A stretch of DNA of 64,000 nt from Pseudomonadota bacterium (GCA_027320085.1 DAHVLZ010000009.1:96001-160000), one strand, 5' to 3'; counted from the stretch's first letter, positions 20,158 through 32,244 are shown. Numbers and translations are program-made. Notes: a model not told the origin generated them from the sequence alone.

Positions 20158-21303
20158 TCACCAGCGGACACGGGGATAGATCCGCTCGCTGTCAATCCGG
20201 TTTTTATGGGGCAGAATCCGTTCCAGCATGCTGCAGAGGACCTCCTCGGTGATGGGATGCAGCCTGAGTCCCAGTTCAAGCAGACCGCTGTGCGCTGGCT
20301 GGTAGAAATGCTCTTCCGCTTCCTTGCGGGGATTTTCAAGGTGCTGGATTTCGACCCGGAGTCCCAACGACTTTCCGGCCCGCTGAACCCAGGCGGCCAG
20401 GTCATTGACCGTGAAGCATTCCGTAAACTGGTTGAGGATACGGAGCTGACCCTTCCCGGGTGGGTGGGTTGCAGCCAGCTCGACGCATTGGAGTGTGTCC
20501 AGGAGGTTGAGATAACCCCGGGTCTGTCCGCCCCGTCCATAGACGGTCAGGGGAATGCCGGCGACCGCCTGAACCAGAAATCGGTTGACAAGCGTTCCGA
20601 ACAGGTCGTCGTAATGAAAATTCGGAAGCAAGCGCTCATCCCGATCCGCCTCAGGCGTCGACAGACCGTAGACCGGTCCCTGCATGAGGTCCGTCGCCTG
20701 GAGATTCCACATCCGCACGTAGAACCAGATCAAGTCTGTATCCATGATTTTCGTGGTGTGATAGAGACTTCCGGCCTGCCGCGGGTAGAGAAAACGATCA
20801 CGACGCCCCTTGTGCTCGATTTCGATCCAGCCCTCTTCGATCTCGATGGCTGGAGTCCCGTATTCACCCATGGTCCCGAGCTTGATCAGGTGGCACGACG
20901 GGGCAGCTTCCCGTAGGGCCCAGATCACATTCAGTGTTGTGGCGAGATTGTTGCGTAACGTGAGTGACGCCTCGGCATACCCCCGCATGGAATAGGGCGC
21001 CGAAGGCTGCTCTGCATAATGGATGACCACCTCGGGCCGGGTCTCCCGAAAAACCGATTCGAGGAACGGATAATCCGCACAGTCGCCAATCCGCACCGCG
21101 ACTTCGCACCCGGTCACTTGCCGGAAGATTCCCACCCTCTGCTCAAGGTCCGGCGCATCGATCAGGGGTTCAGACCGCGTCTGCAGGGCCAGGGTGCGCC
21201 GCAGGTAGTTATCGACCACCGTCACTCCATGCCCCCGGGCTGCAAAATGCATGGCGGTCGGCCAGCCGAGATAGCCATCCCCTCCGAGAATCAGGATGCG
21301 CAT
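20158..21303 (-). CDS. sqdB: UDP-sulfoquinovose synthase family (SqdB/SQD1/Agl3-like)
   Basis: GGDGYLGWPTA, HYAEQPSAPYSM, HLIKLGTMGEYGTP, GSLYHTTK, TDLMQGPVYG, YDDLFGT, NQFTE, NPRKEAEEHFY. Confidence 0.93.
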   Translation of the reverse strand: MRILILGGDGYLGWPTAMHFAARGHGVTVVDNYLRRTLALQTRSEPLIDAPDLEQRVGIFRQVTGCEVAVRIGDCADYPFLESVFRETRPEVVIHYAEQPSAPYSMRGYAEASLTLRNNLATTLNVIWALREAAPSCHLIKLGTMGEYGTPAIEIEEGWIEIEHKGRRDRFLYPRQAGSLYHTTKIMDTDLIWFYVRMWNLQATDLMQGPVYGLSTPEADRDERLLPNFHYDDLFGTLVNRFLVQAVAGIPLTVYGRGGQTRGYLNLLDTLQCVELAATHPPGKGQLRILNQFTECFTVNDLAAWVQRAGKSLGLRVEIQHLENPRKEAEEHFYQPAHSGLLELGLRLHPITEEVLCSMLERILPHKNRIDSERIYPRVRW

Positions 21304-22427
21304 GGCTTCCCTTCCGGAGCACCCTCACGGGACAGGACAGGAATCAGCCCGATCTCCTCCAAGAGTCGGCGCAGGGCTTCGGGATCAAGCCGAGGCTCAT
21401 CTCGGGAGACATAGGGGTGATCCACACGGTGACGGATGACTTGGGGATAGTCGTAGACGATTCCCTGGTAAAGCGGGCGGAATGCCGGAAGCACCACAAA
21501 AAAGTCCCGAAGTTCACACGTTCGCATCGTTTCCGATTCGGTCATGAGTTCCTCCATGAGTTTCTCGCCGGGTCGTGGACCTGTTTGGAGCACCTCGATG
21601 GACTCGGGACGGTACCCCTGACCGGGCGCCAGTGCCTCGATCATGACCCGTGCCAAATCCTCAATCGCCACCACGGGCATTTTTGTGATGAAAACCTCGC
21701 CGCCCCGCGCCAGGGGTACGGAGCACAGCACCAGCCGGACCGCCTCATCGATGCTCATGACGAAACGGGTCATCTCGCGGCTGGTCAGTGTGAGGGGGCC
21801 ACCATGGGCAATCTGGCTGGCAAAAATTTCCGTGACCGAACCCCGGGAACCCAGGACATTGCCAAACCGGGTGGAAGCAAAGACCGCGCCCCCGCCATTG
21901 GCATTGGCGGCGGTAATGAGGCGCTCACCCATGAGCTTCGAGGTCCCCATGACGTTGGTCGGATTGACCGCCTTGTCCGAACTCGTGAAGAGCACACGGG
22001 AAACCCCCACCTCGGAGGCGGCCTGGATCACGGACTCGACCCCCAGGATATTCGTCCGCATCGCTTCAAAAGGCGCCTTCTCACACTGATAGACGTGCTT
22101 GTAGGCCGCACAGTGCAAAACCGTGTCAGCGCCGGCAAAAAGACGCCTCAGGGAAGATTGGTCCCGGACGTCGCCCAGTAGGAAACGGGCCCGCGGTTCG
22201 TCCATCCAGCGGGCCTCCATCCTGAAAATCCCATCCTCATTGTTGTCGATACCCAAAATCGTGCCACGAAAGGCTTGTGCCGGATCCAAAAGACGCCGGA
22301 CCAGCTGTCGTCCGAGCGTCCCACAACAGCCGGTGACCACAACCTTACGGGCTTGCTGCCAGTACGCAGCAATGACATCCGGACCGGTTGAGCCTGAGGT
22401 TTTCTGTTCTCCCCCTCCCCGTTTCAC
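21291..22427 (-). CDS. soluble UDP-GlcNAc 4,6-dehydratase family (FlaA1/PseB/CapE-like)
   Basis: TGCCGTLG, GDVRD, AAYKHV, SSDKAVNPTNVMGTSK, RFGNVLGSRGSV, RPGEKL. Confidence 0.9.
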   Translation of the reverse strand: MKRGGGEQKTSGSTGPDVIAAYWQQARKVVVTGCCGTLGRQLVRRLLDPAQAFRGTILGIDNNEDGIFRMEARWMDEPRARFLLGDVRDQSSLRRLFAGADTVLHCAAYKHVYQCEKAPFEAMRTNILGVESVIQAASEVGVSRVLFTSSDKAVNPTNVMGTSKLMGERLITAANANGGGAVFASTRFGNVLGSRGSVTEIFASQIAHGGPLTLTSREMTRFVMSIDEAVRLVLCSVPLARGGEVFITKMPVVAIEDLARVMIEALAPGQGYRPESIEVLQTGPRPGEKLMEELMTESETMRTCELRDFFVVLPAFRPLYQGIVYDYPQVIRHRVDHPYVSRDEPRLDPEALRRLLEEIGLIPVLSREGAPEGKPCAS

Positions 22428-22563
22428 AAAATGACTCCAATCCGAATCGATTGCGGGTCATTATGCCCCAAGTCAGCATCGCTTTTGCTGTCCCGCTAGA
22501 ATCGTCTCTGCGACCCCGAACGGAATTTTCCCCAATGATCCGGATCGTCTTCCTGCCCCCAAG

Positions 22564-24321
22564 ATGACTGGGGCAAACAATGGCCCTTCTCCGGACAGGA
22601 TCACCCCGCTCCACTTGATCGGGGTCGGCCTGCTCGGGATTACTCTCGCGGCCGGACCCATCGTCCCCGATCTCCTGAGCGCGAGCCTTTTCCTGGCGGG
22701 GCTGATCGGCTTGGCGGACGGTCTCTGGAACGGTTTTTGGACCCGCTTGGATCGCGACGAAAAAAGGATCGCCGCTGCAACCTTCCTGCTGGGGTTCGCC
22801 ACCGTCACCTGTTTTGCACTGGGCCGGGAAACCCATATCGGTTTCCAGATCCTGGGCCGCGAGCTTCGGATTCTGCTCTTCCTGCCCGTCTATCTCGTCG
22901 TGAGGCGTCTGGCTTTGTCCCAAAAGCAACTGGGAGTCATCCTGGGACTTGCCGCAGGCATCGCGTTCGCCTACAGCCTCTGGAGCCTCGAGGTGCATGC
23001 GCCGGGATACCGAGTGCGCGGGGTGACCGGGGTCGCGATTGTCTTCGGCGACTTGGCCCTTCTGGCGGGCGTTTCCGGGGCCTGGTTGCTTCTCCCCAAG
23101 GACCGCCATCTGCCCTTCCGGACCAAGCTCCTATGGGGTGGACTAGCATTCGCAAGCCTGATCTCGGGCACCCTCGCGGCCTTTGCCTCTGGCACCCGGG
23201 GGGCCTGGATTGCCATTCTTCCCTTTCTCTTCGTGGGTACCCGCGCGTACGTCCGCTGTGCCGGGGTCCGGCACAAGGGACGCTGGTATTCCGGGGTTGC
23301 TCTCGTCGCCGCCGGTCTGACGGCACTCTGCGTGATCCCACCTTCGCCCATCCAGACGCGCGTGATTCGGGCTGTGAGACAGACCTGGATCTCGGTTCGT
23401 GACGAAACGCTTCCCCTCCTGGAGCACAGTCCCACCCGACTCGGCTGTCTCAACCGGAACGCCGAACTGATACGACTCCGGCACTATACGGTGACGGCAC
23501 CGCCCCTGGACCAGGGAGATCTGAAGCTGGTCCGACTACCCGCCACCCAAGTGCCCGCCGGATGCACCGGCCATATGGCCTTTCGTGCCCATGTCCTCTA
23601 TTCGACCGACTGGCTTAGTATCTGGGTCAATACCTCATCCCGGCGTCCCGGCTTCCATGAAGTCCAAGTCTGGGCGCGGGGCCAGGGCTTGTTTCAGATC
23701 GACCGGAAAGGCCCGGTTGAAAAGATTCATGGCAGACAGTTTCGACTTTATTCGGCCATCGGAGATGCAGGCCGTTTCGCCCCGCTCACCTTCCATCTTC
23801 ATCCCGGATGGACACTGACCTTCATTCCCGTCACCACCTATCCCTGGGAGTTCAGCTACGATCCGGGGGGAAACTCGATCGGCAACCGGCTCGCACTCTG
23901 GAGAACCGCGTTTTTGACCTTCATGCGACACCCCTGGTTAGGCGCGGGAACAGGATCCTTCGAATCCGATGCAAGCCAGCGGATCCGGGATGGGCAGGTT
24001 CCCCCTGTGGTCTGGGGTTACCAGCATGCGCACAATGACTTTTTCAACCTGCTCGCCACCGAAGGTCTTTTGGGACTCGTCGCCCTCCTCTGGTTTTACT
24101 ACGCGTTGATGCGAATCGGCGGTGGACCAGAATATCGCGGCCCGCGGGAACTTCGCGTTTTCATGGTGCTCTTCGTCCTGGGATTTTCCATATTTGGTTT
24201 CACGGAAACCCTCTGGATCCACACCTTCGTCGTGAATTGGATTGTCTTCGTCTCAGCCGCCGCCTTGGCCGTCTCCCGAGGCGAGCAGCCGGTGGAGATT
24301 CACGACAAGCTGGTAAAATAA
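22564..24321 (+). CDS. O-antigen ligase family protein with a large periplasmic insertion
   Basis: AIVFGD, SGTRGAW, SIGNRLALW, HPWLGAG, HAHNDFF, GLLGL, FGFTE. Confidence 0.88.
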   Translation: MTGANNGPSPDRITPLHLIGVGLLGITLAAGPIVPDLLSASLFLAGLIGLADGLWNGFWTRLDRDEKRIAAATFLLGFATVTCFALGRETHIGFQILGRELRILLFLPVYLVVRRLALSQKQLGVILGLAAGIAFAYSLWSLEVHAPGYRVRGVTGVAIVFGDLALLAGVSGAWLLLPKDRHLPFRTKLLWGGLAFASLISGTLAAFASGTRGAWIAILPFLFVGTRAYVRCAGVRHKGRWYSGVALVAAGLTALCVIPPSPIQTRVIRAVRQTWISVRDETLPLLEHSPTRLGCLNRNAELIRLRHYTVTAPPLDQGDLKLVRLPATQVPAGCTGHMAFRAHVLYSTDWLSIWVNTSSRRPGFHEVQVWARGQGLFQIDRKGPVEKIHGRQFRLYSAIGDAGRFAPLTFHLHPGWTLTFIPVTTYPWEFSYDPGGNSIGNRLALWRTAFLTFMRHPWLGAGTGSFESDASQRIRDGQVPPVVWGYQHAHNDFFNLLATEGLLGLVALLWFYYALMRIGGGPEYRGPRELRVFMVLFVLGFSIFGFTETLWIHTFVVNWIVFVSAAALAVSRGEQPVEIHDKLVK

Positions 24322-24351
24322 CTCGGTACGCGTACCGTTCGCCTGCCGTCC

Positions 24352-25101
24352 ATGCCTACCCCCACCCTTCCGCCCCGTCGCTATTTCCAGCTCACCCCGT
24401 TCCGCATTCTCTGGATCGGCATGGCCCTGGGTGGGCTCTTGGTCGGGCTCCTCTTCCTGATCCTGCTCGGACAATCTGCACAAACGCGTGAGAAACCGGC
24501 TCCGACTGAACCCGCCTTCACGCTGACCAATCAGCTGGGTGAGCGCGTTTCCTCCACTTCGCTCAGGGGACACATCCAGGTGGTGAGCTTCATCTCCCCC
24601 TACTGTCGCGAAGAATGTCCCCTGATCGCCCATCACTACGTCGAGTATGCGAATGCCATCCGTGCGAGCGGTTGGGCCGATCGGGTCATCCTCGTCTCCT
24701 TCAACCTGGATCCGAAATCGGCCGGTCCCTCGACCCTGGCCCGCTTCCAGCGGGTCTTCGGCTGGAACCCCAAAAATCCGCTCTGGGAGTTTCTGACTGG
24801 GCCACCTCCCCTCCTCGACCAGGTGGTCAAGGGCGGATTCCACGTCTGGTTTGGCGAAGTCTCGACCCCCCCTCATCCGGGAGCGGTCCCCGAACTCCGT
24901 TGGCACAACCCGCTCAATCCCCACGGCATCCACCCCAACCCGAGCCATGAGGATCCGCTCCAAATCTATGGGTCAGGTGGTCACTTGCGGCGGATCTTCC
25001 AGAGCGGGTCCTTGGTCTCGACTGCCCGCCTCCTCCACGCCCTCTACCCGCTGATCCCGCACCCCCCGGCCCAGCAGGCAACCACGGGACGGGCTCCCTG
25101 A
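24352..25101 (+). CDS. SCO/SenC family copper-binding thioredoxin-fold protein
   Basis: N-terminal TM, FTLTNQLG, YCREECP (CxxxC), SFNLDP, WEFLTG, distal His. Confidence 0.85.
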   Translation: MPTPTLPPRRYFQLTPFRILWIGMALGGLLVGLLFLILLGQSAQTREKPAPTEPAFTLTNQLGERVSSTSLRGHIQVVSFISPYCREECPLIAHHYVEYANAIRASGWADRVILVSFNLDPKSAGPSTLARFQRVFGWNPKNPLWEFLTGPPPLLDQVVKGGFHVWFGEVSTPPHPGAVPELRWHNPLNPHGIHPNPSHEDPLQIYGSGGHLRRIFQSGSLVSTARLLHALYPLIPHPPAQQATTGRAP

Positions 25102-25111
25102 AGGCATCTCG

Positions 25112-25546
25112 TCAGCTTTTGCCACCGATGTAGTCGCGCAGATCCCCGATGAGCGCCTCCTGCTCGGCCAGGAGTCCCTTCACGATGTCCCCGATGCTCA
25201 CAAGCCCGGCGAGCTGTCCGGCCTCCAGGATCGGCAGGTGGCGGATCCGGTGTTCGGTCATGAGCCGCATGCAGTCGGCAATCGAGGTTTCCGGCGCGGC
25301 CGTGACCGGATTTGAGCTCATCAGGGCGCGCACCCGGGTTGTTTTTGAGGTGAGTCCCTGGAGGACGACCTTGCGGGCATAATCCCGCTCCGAGAAGATC
25401 CCGACCAGCTGGCCGGACTCCACGACAGCCAAGGCTCCGATATCGTGGTGCGCGAGCGACTCAAGCGCCTGGTACACACTGTCTTCCGGACCCACCGAAA
25501 ACACCTGGGTCCCCTTCTTCTGCAGCAGATGACGAACCTGCATCAT
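25112..25546 (-). CDS. CBS domain pair protein
   Basis: IGALAVV, LVGIFSERDYARKV, RIRHLP, VSIGDIVK; SD-like GGAGGGG before ATG 25546. Confidence 0.92.
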   Translation of the reverse strand: MMQVRHLLQKKGTQVFSVGPEDSVYQALESLAHHDIGALAVVESGQLVGIFSERDYARKVVLQGLTSKTTRVRALMSSNPVTAAPETSIADCMRLMTEHRIRHLPILEAGQLAGLVSIGDIVKGLLAEQEALIGDLRDYIGGKS

Positions 25547-25621
25547 GGCCTTCCCCTCCGGCCGGGTTTCCATCGATTATAGGCAGAACCGGGACCAGGA
25601 ACACCGCATATAATGACGGGC

Positions 25622-26530
25622 ATGCGCATCGGATCCACTGCGGATGGCCGCAGCCAATCGCCCCGCGTCGATGTCGTCGGGAACGGCCCGGGGGCAAAGG
25701 CTCCACCTGGCCGCTCCGTTCCCTTTACCAAGATGCAGGGACTGGGCAACGATTTTGTCGTAATCGACCACCCTCTATTCAGGCCGGAATCCTCGAATAT
25801 CCGCACCATTGCCGACCGTCGGCTCGGAGTGGGCTGTGACCAGGTCCTTCTGCTTGAGCCTCTGGGCGAGGCTCGTTTCCGCTACCGGGTCTTCAATGCG
25901 GACGGTAGTGAGGCCGAACAGTGTGGGAATGGTCTTCGCTGTCTTGCGCGCTATGGCTACGATCTTGGAATCCCCGAGGAAACCATTCTCGAATTCGAGG
26001 GCCCGGGAGGAACGCATCACACCCAGTGTATGGCGCCTGACCGGATCCGGGTGGACATGGGGGCACCCCGGTTCGAGCCGGCCGAGATTCCCTTCGTGGC
26101 TTCGTCCCGCGCCCTGAGCTACCCGATCGATGTCAGCGGAATGGAGTTCATGGTCGGTGCCGTCTCCATGGGTAATCCCCACCTCCTGCTCCGTGTCCAG
26201 CGTCTTTCCACCACACCGGTCAATAAGCTGGGGCCGGCCCTGGAACACCATCCCCGGTGCCCGCAACGGACCAACGTTGGATTTATCGAGATCGTGGACC
26301 GCGGGACCCTTCGTCTCCGTGTACATGAGCGGGGTGCCGGGGAAACGCTCGCCTGCGGCAGTGGTGCCTGCGCAGCCGTCGCCTGGAGTCGTCTCATGGG
26401 CTGGGTCGATCCTGTGGTTTCCGTGCATCTTTCGGGCGGCATCCTCGAAATTGAATGGGAAGGCGAAAACCATCCCCTGTACATGACGGGCCCGGCCACA
26501 CGGGTTTTTTCCGGAGTCCTTTCCCTGTGA
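25622..26530 (+). CDS. dapF: diaminopimelate epimerase
   Basis: FTKMQGLGNDF, GVGCDQ, NADGSEAEQCGNG, MGNPH, ERGAGETLACGSG. Start uncertain. Confidence 0.96.
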   Translation: MRIGSTADGRSQSPRVDVVGNGPGAKAPPGRSVPFTKMQGLGNDFVVIDHPLFRPESSNIRTIADRRLGVGCDQVLLLEPLGEARFRYRVFNADGSEAEQCGNGLRCLARYGYDLGIPEETILEFEGPGGTHHTQCMAPDRIRVDMGAPRFEPAEIPFVASSRALSYPIDVSGMEFMVGAVSMGNPHLLLRVQRLSTTPVNKLGPALEHHPRCPQRTNVGFIEIVDRGTLRLRVHERGAGETLACGSGACAAVAWSRLMGWVDPVVSVHLSGGILEIEWEGENHPLYMTGPATRVFSGVLSL

Positions 26531-27222
26531 ACGAAAAATCCCCCCTTCCGCCTGAATCCACCCTTGGCCTCAATGCGCAAATGGTCCTTGATTTCCTCGT
26601 CGACCATCCGGAGTTTTTCCAGGAACATTCAGCCTTGTTCAGCCAGTTTAGGATCCCGCACGCACTGCCCGAAGGGACGGTCTCGCTAATTGAACGACAG
26701 GTGGAGATCTTGCGCCGGCAGAACCAGCGCTTGGAACGCCGGCTCAACGATTTTCTCGAGGCGGGGCGCCACAATGACCAGCTCTTCGACCGCCTGCACA
26801 AAGTCGCCCTCCATTTCTTGGCTCGGAAAAACGCAGCAACCGATCCCGCCCTGATGACCCACCTCCGGGAGATCCTGGCCGTTGATGCCGTGACCGGAAC
26901 CCTCTGGGTCACCCCACCTCGCCCCATCGCCGGATTTCACGTTTCTGCTGAAAAACCCGGGAAGCTTTTCCCTGAGGATTGGGACACGGAACACCCCTAC
27001 TGCGGACGGCTGGGCGAATCCATGGCCGTTTCCCTGTTTGGGGAAAACCACCCGGAGCTCCACTCGATCGCACTCATTGCGCTCGGCCCACCGCATCACG
27101 AGATCGGCTTCCTGGCCATGGGACTCGCCGACCCCGACCATTTCCGCCCAGGTCTGGCCACCACCTACCTTTATCGTTTGGGGGAGCTCCTCTCGACCGC
27201 ACTCGGCCTTTCAACCTCATGA
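26527..27222 (+). CDS. DUF484 (YigA-like) protein
   Basis: FLVDHPEFF, VSLIERQV..LR, PYCG; conserved position between dapF and xerC; GTGA overlap. Confidence 0.88.
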   Translation: MNEKSPLPPESTLGLNAQMVLDFLVDHPEFFQEHSALFSQFRIPHALPEGTVSLIERQVEILRRQNQRLERRLNDFLEAGRHNDQLFDRLHKVALHFLARKNAATDPALMTHLREILAVDAVTGTLWVTPPRPIAGFHVSAEKPGKLFPEDWDTEHPYCGRLGESMAVSLFGENHPELHSIALIALGPPHHEIGFLAMGLADPDHFRPGLATTYLYRLGELLSTALGLSTS

Positions 27223-28142
27223 ATCCGGACCTCGAATCCACAATCGACGCTTTCCTCAATGAACTCGGACAGACCGGCCGGCTCTCGGCTGCCACGATTG
27301 AGACCTACCGGCAGAGTCTCGACAGCTTGGCTGGTTTCCTGACCGGAGAAGGGATCGGACGGTGGGAGGCACTCGAGCCGGATACCCTGCGCCGTTGGTT
27401 GGCGGCCCGGACCCGGTCCGGGACCTCGCCCCGCACACTGGCCCGTGATCTTTCCGCGGTGCGGAGCCTGTACCGGGACCTCATCCGAAAGGGGTTGACC
27501 ACCCATAATCCGGCACTTCTGGTTCGACCGCCCAAAAACCGGCGTCGTCTGCCTGTCATTCTGGATGTGGACCGGATGGGCCGCCTCTTCACCCAAGCCC
27601 CGAGGACAATCGGCGACCACCTCGATCGGGCCGTACTCGAGCTCCTCTATTCCTCCGCCCTCCGTCTCTCGGAACTCGTGGGACTGGACGTGACAGACCT
27701 CAATGCAGAATCGGGACTGGTTCGGGTTCGTGGAAAAGGCAACCGGGAGCGAGTCGTTCCGGTCGGTGCCCCGGCACTTCAGGCCCTGGCGGCCTGGCTC
27801 CGCGTGCGCCCGGCCCGGAACCCAGAGGAGAGAGCGCTCTTTGTGAGCACACGGGGATCCCGGATCGCCCCCCGGACCATCCAGGCACGGCTCGCCCGAT
27901 ACGGGATCCGGGAAGGCATCGGTGCCCGGCTTCACCCGCATCTCTTCCGGCACTCCTGCGCTAGTCACCTCCTGGAATCGAGCGGCAACCTCCGGGGAGT
28001 CCAGGAATTCCTGGGCCACCAGCATCTCGCAACCACCCAGATCTACACCCATCTCGATTTCCAGCACCTAGCCCGGATCTACGATGAAACTCATCCCCGT
28101 GCCCGGCGCCAAAAAACAGCACCCAGAAGGGAAAAACGATGA
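27219..28142 (+). CDS. xerC: tyrosine recombinase XerC
   Basis: [46 protein letters not shown]; dapF-yigA-xerC synteny. Confidence 0.95.
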   Translation: MNPDLESTIDAFLNELGQTGRLSAATIETYRQSLDSLAGFLTGEGIGRWEALEPDTLRRWLAARTRSGTSPRTLARDLSAVRSLYRDLIRKGLTTHNPALLVRPPKNRRRLPVILDVDRMGRLFTQAPRTIGDHLDRAVLELLYSSALRLSELVGLDVTDLNAESGLVRVRGKGNRERVVPVGAPALQALAAWLRVRPARNPEERALFVSTRGSRIAPRTIQARLARYGIREGIGARLHPHLFRHSCASHLLESSGNLRGVQEFLGHQHLATTQIYTHLDFQHLARIYDETHPRARRQKTAPRREKR

Positions 28143-28702
28143 GCGATCGGGGAGGACTGCCGGCTTTCGAGGGCACCACAATCCTGTGCGTGCGTCGAAA
28201 TGACCGGGTCGCCATGGCAGGGGACGGGCAGGTTACCTTCGGACAGACGATCCTCAAGGCCAATGCCCGGAAGATCCGTCGCCTCTACCACGACCGGGTG
28301 CTGGCGGGCTTTGCCGGAGGCACGGCAGATGCCTTCACGCTGGCTGAGCGTTTCGAGGAAAAGTTGGAAAAGCACAGCGGACAGCTCGCGCGTGCTGCTG
28401 TGGAACTGGCTCGTGACTGGCGCAGTGACCGGATCCTGCGCAGACTCGAGGCCATGCTGGCCGTGGCGGATCGGGAACGGGCCTTTCTCATTTCTGGAAA
28501 CGGCGATGTCCTCGAACCGGAGGATGGTCTCATTGCCATCGGATCCGGCGGACCCTACGCGCAGGCCGCAGCCCAAGCACTCCTCCGGCACACGGACCTG
28601 GATGCCCCGACCCTGTGCCGAGAGGCGATCGGCATTGCCGCTGGTATCTGCATTTATACCAACCAGGAAATTCTGGTCGAAGAACTTCCCCACCCTGCTT
28701 GA
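28139..28702 (+). CDS. hslV: ATP-dependent protease subunit HslV
   Basis: [31 protein letters not shown]. Confidence 0.98.
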   Translation: MSDRGGLPAFEGTTILCVRRNDRVAMAGDGQVTFGQTILKANARKIRRLYHDRVLAGFAGGTADAFTLAERFEEKLEKHSGQLARAAVELARDWRSDRILRRLEAMLAVADRERAFLISGNGDVLEPEDGLIAIGSGGPYAQAAAQALLRHTDLDAPTLCREAIGIAAGICIYTNQEILVEELPHPA

Positions 28703-28737
28703 TCCACCGACGACTGTCCTGACGGAGCGTTGACCCG

Positions 28738-30090
28738 ATGGCCCTGACCCCGATGACCCCGCGTGAAATTGTCGCGGAACTGGACCACTACATCATTGGA
28801 CAGGATGAAGCCAAGCGGGCGGTTGCCATTGCCCTGCGCAATCGCTGGCGCCGCGCCCAACTCACCCCGGAGCTGCGGGCGGAAGTCACCCCCAAGAACA
28901 TTCTCATGATCGGACCCACAGGAGTCGGTAAGACCGAGATAGCACGCCGGCTGGCCCGCCTGGCCCATGCCCCGTTTCTCAAAGTCGAAGCCACGAAGTT
29001 CACCGAGGTGGGCTATGTGGGCCGCGATGTGGATTCGATCATCAGGGATCTTGCCGAGATGGCAGTCAAGATGGAACGCGAAGCAGCGGTACACGAGGTC
29101 GCCCTCCAAGCTGAAACGGCGGCCGAAAACCGCATTCTCGATGCACTCTCCGGCCAAGGACCTAGCACCTACGGATTCGCTCCACCCCAAGGGGGACCCC
29201 GTTCCGGGGCCTCCCGTGCCACATTGCGCGATGCCCTGCGCTCGGGTGCACTCGACGAGGAGGAGATCGAAATCGAACTGACCGCCAACCCCGCGGGGCT
29301 CGAGATCATGACGCCTCCGGGACTCGAGGAAATGAGCGGCCAGCTCAATCAGATGTTCCGCCAGCTGGCAGGATCGGGTCAGAGCCGACGCCAGCGTCTG
29401 CGCGTCGGAGAGGCCAAAAAACGCCTGGTCGAGGAGGAATCGCTCAAGCTCATCAATGAAGATGATTTACGTACCCGGGCAATCACGGCCGTGGAACAGG
29501 ATGGGATCGTCTTCATTGACGAGTTTGACAAGATCACTCGCCGATCGGGCGAGACGGTGGGCGGGGCAGATGTTTCTCGGGAGGGGGTCCAGCGCGATCT
29601 GCTCCCCCTGATCGAGGGCTCAACCGTGAGCACCCGTTATGGGCTGGTTCACACCGACCATATCCTCTTCATTGCCTCGGGGGCCTTTCACATAAGCAAG
29701 CCCGCAGACCTGATCCCCGAACTCCAGGGACGGTTGCCGATCCGAGTCGAGCTCCAAGCCCTTTCAAGTGAGGACTTTGTTCGTATCCTCACCGAGCCCG
29801 AGAATTCCCTGACCCGCCAATACTCTGCCCTCATGGCCACCGAAGGCGTGACGCTGCGCTTCGAGCCCGATGGTGTACAACGAATCGCGGAGATTGCCCA
29901 CGAGGTAAACACCCGAACGGAAAACATTGGAGCCCGGAGACTGCATACCGTGCTCGAGCGCCTGCTCGAGGTCGCTTCCTTCCAGGCTCCCGACGTCCAG
30001 GGTCGCGAAATCGTGATTGACCGGGCCTACGTCGAGACCCGCCTTGCCGGAATTGCCGGCAACGAAGACTTAAGCCGATACATTCTCTGA
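28738..30090 (+). CDS. hslU: ATP-dependent protease ATPase HslU
   Basis: [48 protein letters not shown]. Confidence 0.98.
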   Translation: MALTPMTPREIVAELDHYIIGQDEAKRAVAIALRNRWRRAQLTPELRAEVTPKNILMIGPTGVGKTEIARRLARLAHAPFLKVEATKFTEVGYVGRDVDSIIRDLAEMAVKMEREAAVHEVALQAETAAENRILDALSGQGPSTYGFAPPQGGPRSGASRATLRDALRSGALDEEEIEIELTANPAGLEIMTPPGLEEMSGQLNQMFRQLAGSGQSRRQRLRVGEAKKRLVEEESLKLINEDDLRTRAITAVEQDGIVFIDEFDKITRRSGETVGGADVSREGVQRDLLPLIEGSTVSTRYGLVHTDHILFIASGAFHISKPADLIPELQGRLPIRVELQALSSEDFVRILTEPENSLTRQYSALMATEGVTLRFEPDGVQRIAEIAHEVNTRTENIGARRLHTVLERLLEVASFQAPDVQGREIVIDRAYVETRLAGIAGNEDLSRYIL

Positions 30091-30250
30091 AAAGATCATG
30101 AACCCGGGAGCCGGTCGATCACGGCGTCCCCATCGGGTGGGTCATGAGGTTCGCGATCCGGGCTTTTGTCGCAGGTCACATCGCTTTGCAACCCTGGGGC
30201 GCACCGGTCATCTGGTGGGTGTGTTCCTCAAGCGGCTGTTTGCCGGTCTT

Positions 30251-32119
<1,869 letters not shown>

Positions 32120-32164
32120 TCACCTCCAGGATGCGGAGTGAGGAACACGCCCGGGCCCACGCCC

Positions 32165-32244
32165 GCAAGCCTTCCCTCCGCCGGTTCTGACCGGATCAGG
32201 TTCCAAGGGTCTCTCTCAGCCCACCCAGGGCACCCCCAGCTTGC
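32165..32244 (-). ncRNA. TPP riboswitch
   Basis: Minus strand GCAAGCTGGGGGTGC...GCTGAGA..GACCC..GAACCTGATCCGG..AGAACCGGCGGAGGGAAGGCTTGC directly upstream of thiC; TGcTATACT extended -10 at about 32277-32285. Confidence 0.96.

Noticed and set aside
27219-28142. Tyrosine recombinase as a prophage/island integrase
   Set aside because: dapF-yigA-xerC synteny and C-terminal motif identify housekeeping XerC; no att sites or cargo.
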